Shown in pieces: positions 37,598 through 38,123 of a stretch of 38,123 nt of DNA. The stretch is taken from NCBI GenBank assembly GCA_027350645.1, contig DAIEKJ010000002.1:1-38123 (forward strand), written 5' to 3'. Origin of the DNA: Candidatus Wolfebacteria bacterium. Its GTDB lineage: Bacteria; Patescibacteriota; Minisyncoccia; UBA6257; JAGOQP01. The position numbers and the translations under genes were made by a program. The notes under the pieces were generated by a model. The model made no database searches. It saw only the letters and a list, made by a program, of their open reading frames with translations, and was not told the origin of the DNA. How positions within the stretch are numbered: the stretch's first letter is position 1; every line of letters begins with the position of its first letter.

Positions 37598-37894
37598 TCA
37601 GTACGAATTTCCATCTGATTGGCCCCTTGTGCCATAGTGCAGTTTGAGAACCAGTTGCACAATGCTAATAACCAGCGATACGCCGTTCACCAAAATCATC
37701 GGCGGGGCTACGAGTAAAATCCCGTAGATCAGCCACAAAAGACAATTGAGCACGTACAACACCACCGTCGCCAGAGAAAGATCATCAACTTTTTTTGTTT
37801 TAATGGACTTGATCACCTGTGGCAACATCAGCGATATCCCAACCGCCGCGGCCATATAGCCAACGCCATTGGTAATAAGATCGTATGTGTTCAT
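37598..37894 (-). CDS. SemiSWEET / PQ-loop transporter
   Basis: LPQVIKSIKTK.VDDLS, LWLIYGIL, PMILVN. Three TM helices. Confidence 0.92.
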   Translation of the reverse strand: MNTYDLITNGVGYMAAAVGISLMLPQVIKSIKTKKVDDLSLATVVLYVLNCLLWLIYGILLVAPPMILVNGVSLVISIVQLVLKLHYGTRGQSDGNSY

Positions 37895-37907
37895 AGTATT
37901 TTCCTTA

Positions 37908-37933
37908 TTCTCCTATTCGCGCGAATTAGAGAA
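37908..37933. repeat. Near-perfect 26-bp palindrome
   Basis: TTCTCctATTCGC|GCGAATtaGAGAA (2 mismatched pairs). Confidence 0.7.
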
Positions 37934-37952
37934 GTAAATGTATGATAAAAAA

Positions 37953-38123
37953 CTACACCCAGTTTTCTTTGAGGTATCGCAAAAGCCATTCTTGCAATTT
38001 TTCTTTTGAAACAACACTTACATCATTTGCTTTTGCCAAATCCAGCGCCGGTTGCGTAAACTCGCTGGTCGTCACCACCATCGCCTTGTTACAGTTATAG
38101 AAATTCTTTGCGGCAACGGCTTC
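37953..38123 (-). CDS. Mrr-like restriction endonuclease domain, C-terminal part (start beyond the right window edge)
   Basis: EAVAAKNFYNCNKAMVVTTSEFTQPALDLAKANDVSVVSKEKLQEWL matches the end of Mrr_cat-type domains. Confidence 0.75.
   Translation of the reverse strand, partial: EAVAAKNFYNCNKAMVVTTSEFTQPALDLAKANDVSVVSKEKLQEWLLRYLKENWV

Noticed and set aside
38005..38025. Frameshift in the Mrr-like gene
   Set aside because: Re-reading shows an intact frame (NDVSVVSKEKLQEW) to TAG at 37953.
1..38123. CRISPR array, prophage, IS element, complete DGR or retron, or TGA recoding (code 25)
   Set aside because: No regularly spaced repeats or cas, phage, transposase or RT genes seen; TGA ends several well-supported genes.

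Overview
Almost certainly a Patescibacteria (CPR, probably Parcubacteria-type) chromosome segment using genetic code 11, with nearly all genes on the minus strand. The assignment rests on Shine-Dalgarno-poor starts, very short leaders, trimmed L13, AspRS without the GAD insert, split ComEC, type IV pili without PilQ and MacAB without TolC. Left to right: an ECF sigma/anti-sigma-like pair; a five-repeat beta-flower-like protein; an unannotated promoter-to-terminator structured RNA; HD hydrolase; Asp-type MurA; PEGA/beta-propeller protein; an unusual rpsL-rpsG-fusA-rplM-rpsI block without tuf; a self-contained gene resembling CPR diversity-generating-retroelement (DGR) target proteins; M50 protease; surface protein; tRNA-Pro(GGG); rpmB; compact 6S-like RNA; ndk; aspS; a perfect 34-bp palindrome; a ~16.5-kb competence/type IV pilus locus (split comEC, Cys-rich pilin, ligA, pilins, pilD, pilC, pilT, pilB, pilO/N/M, divergent comF); an OB-fold/MacAB/anti-sigma/ECF sigma module; a 48-aa membrane protein; SemiSWEET; and a partial Mrr-like nuclease. 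No CRISPR array, integrase, transposase or reverse transcriptase was seen. All family calls are by eye from motifs; no database searches were run.
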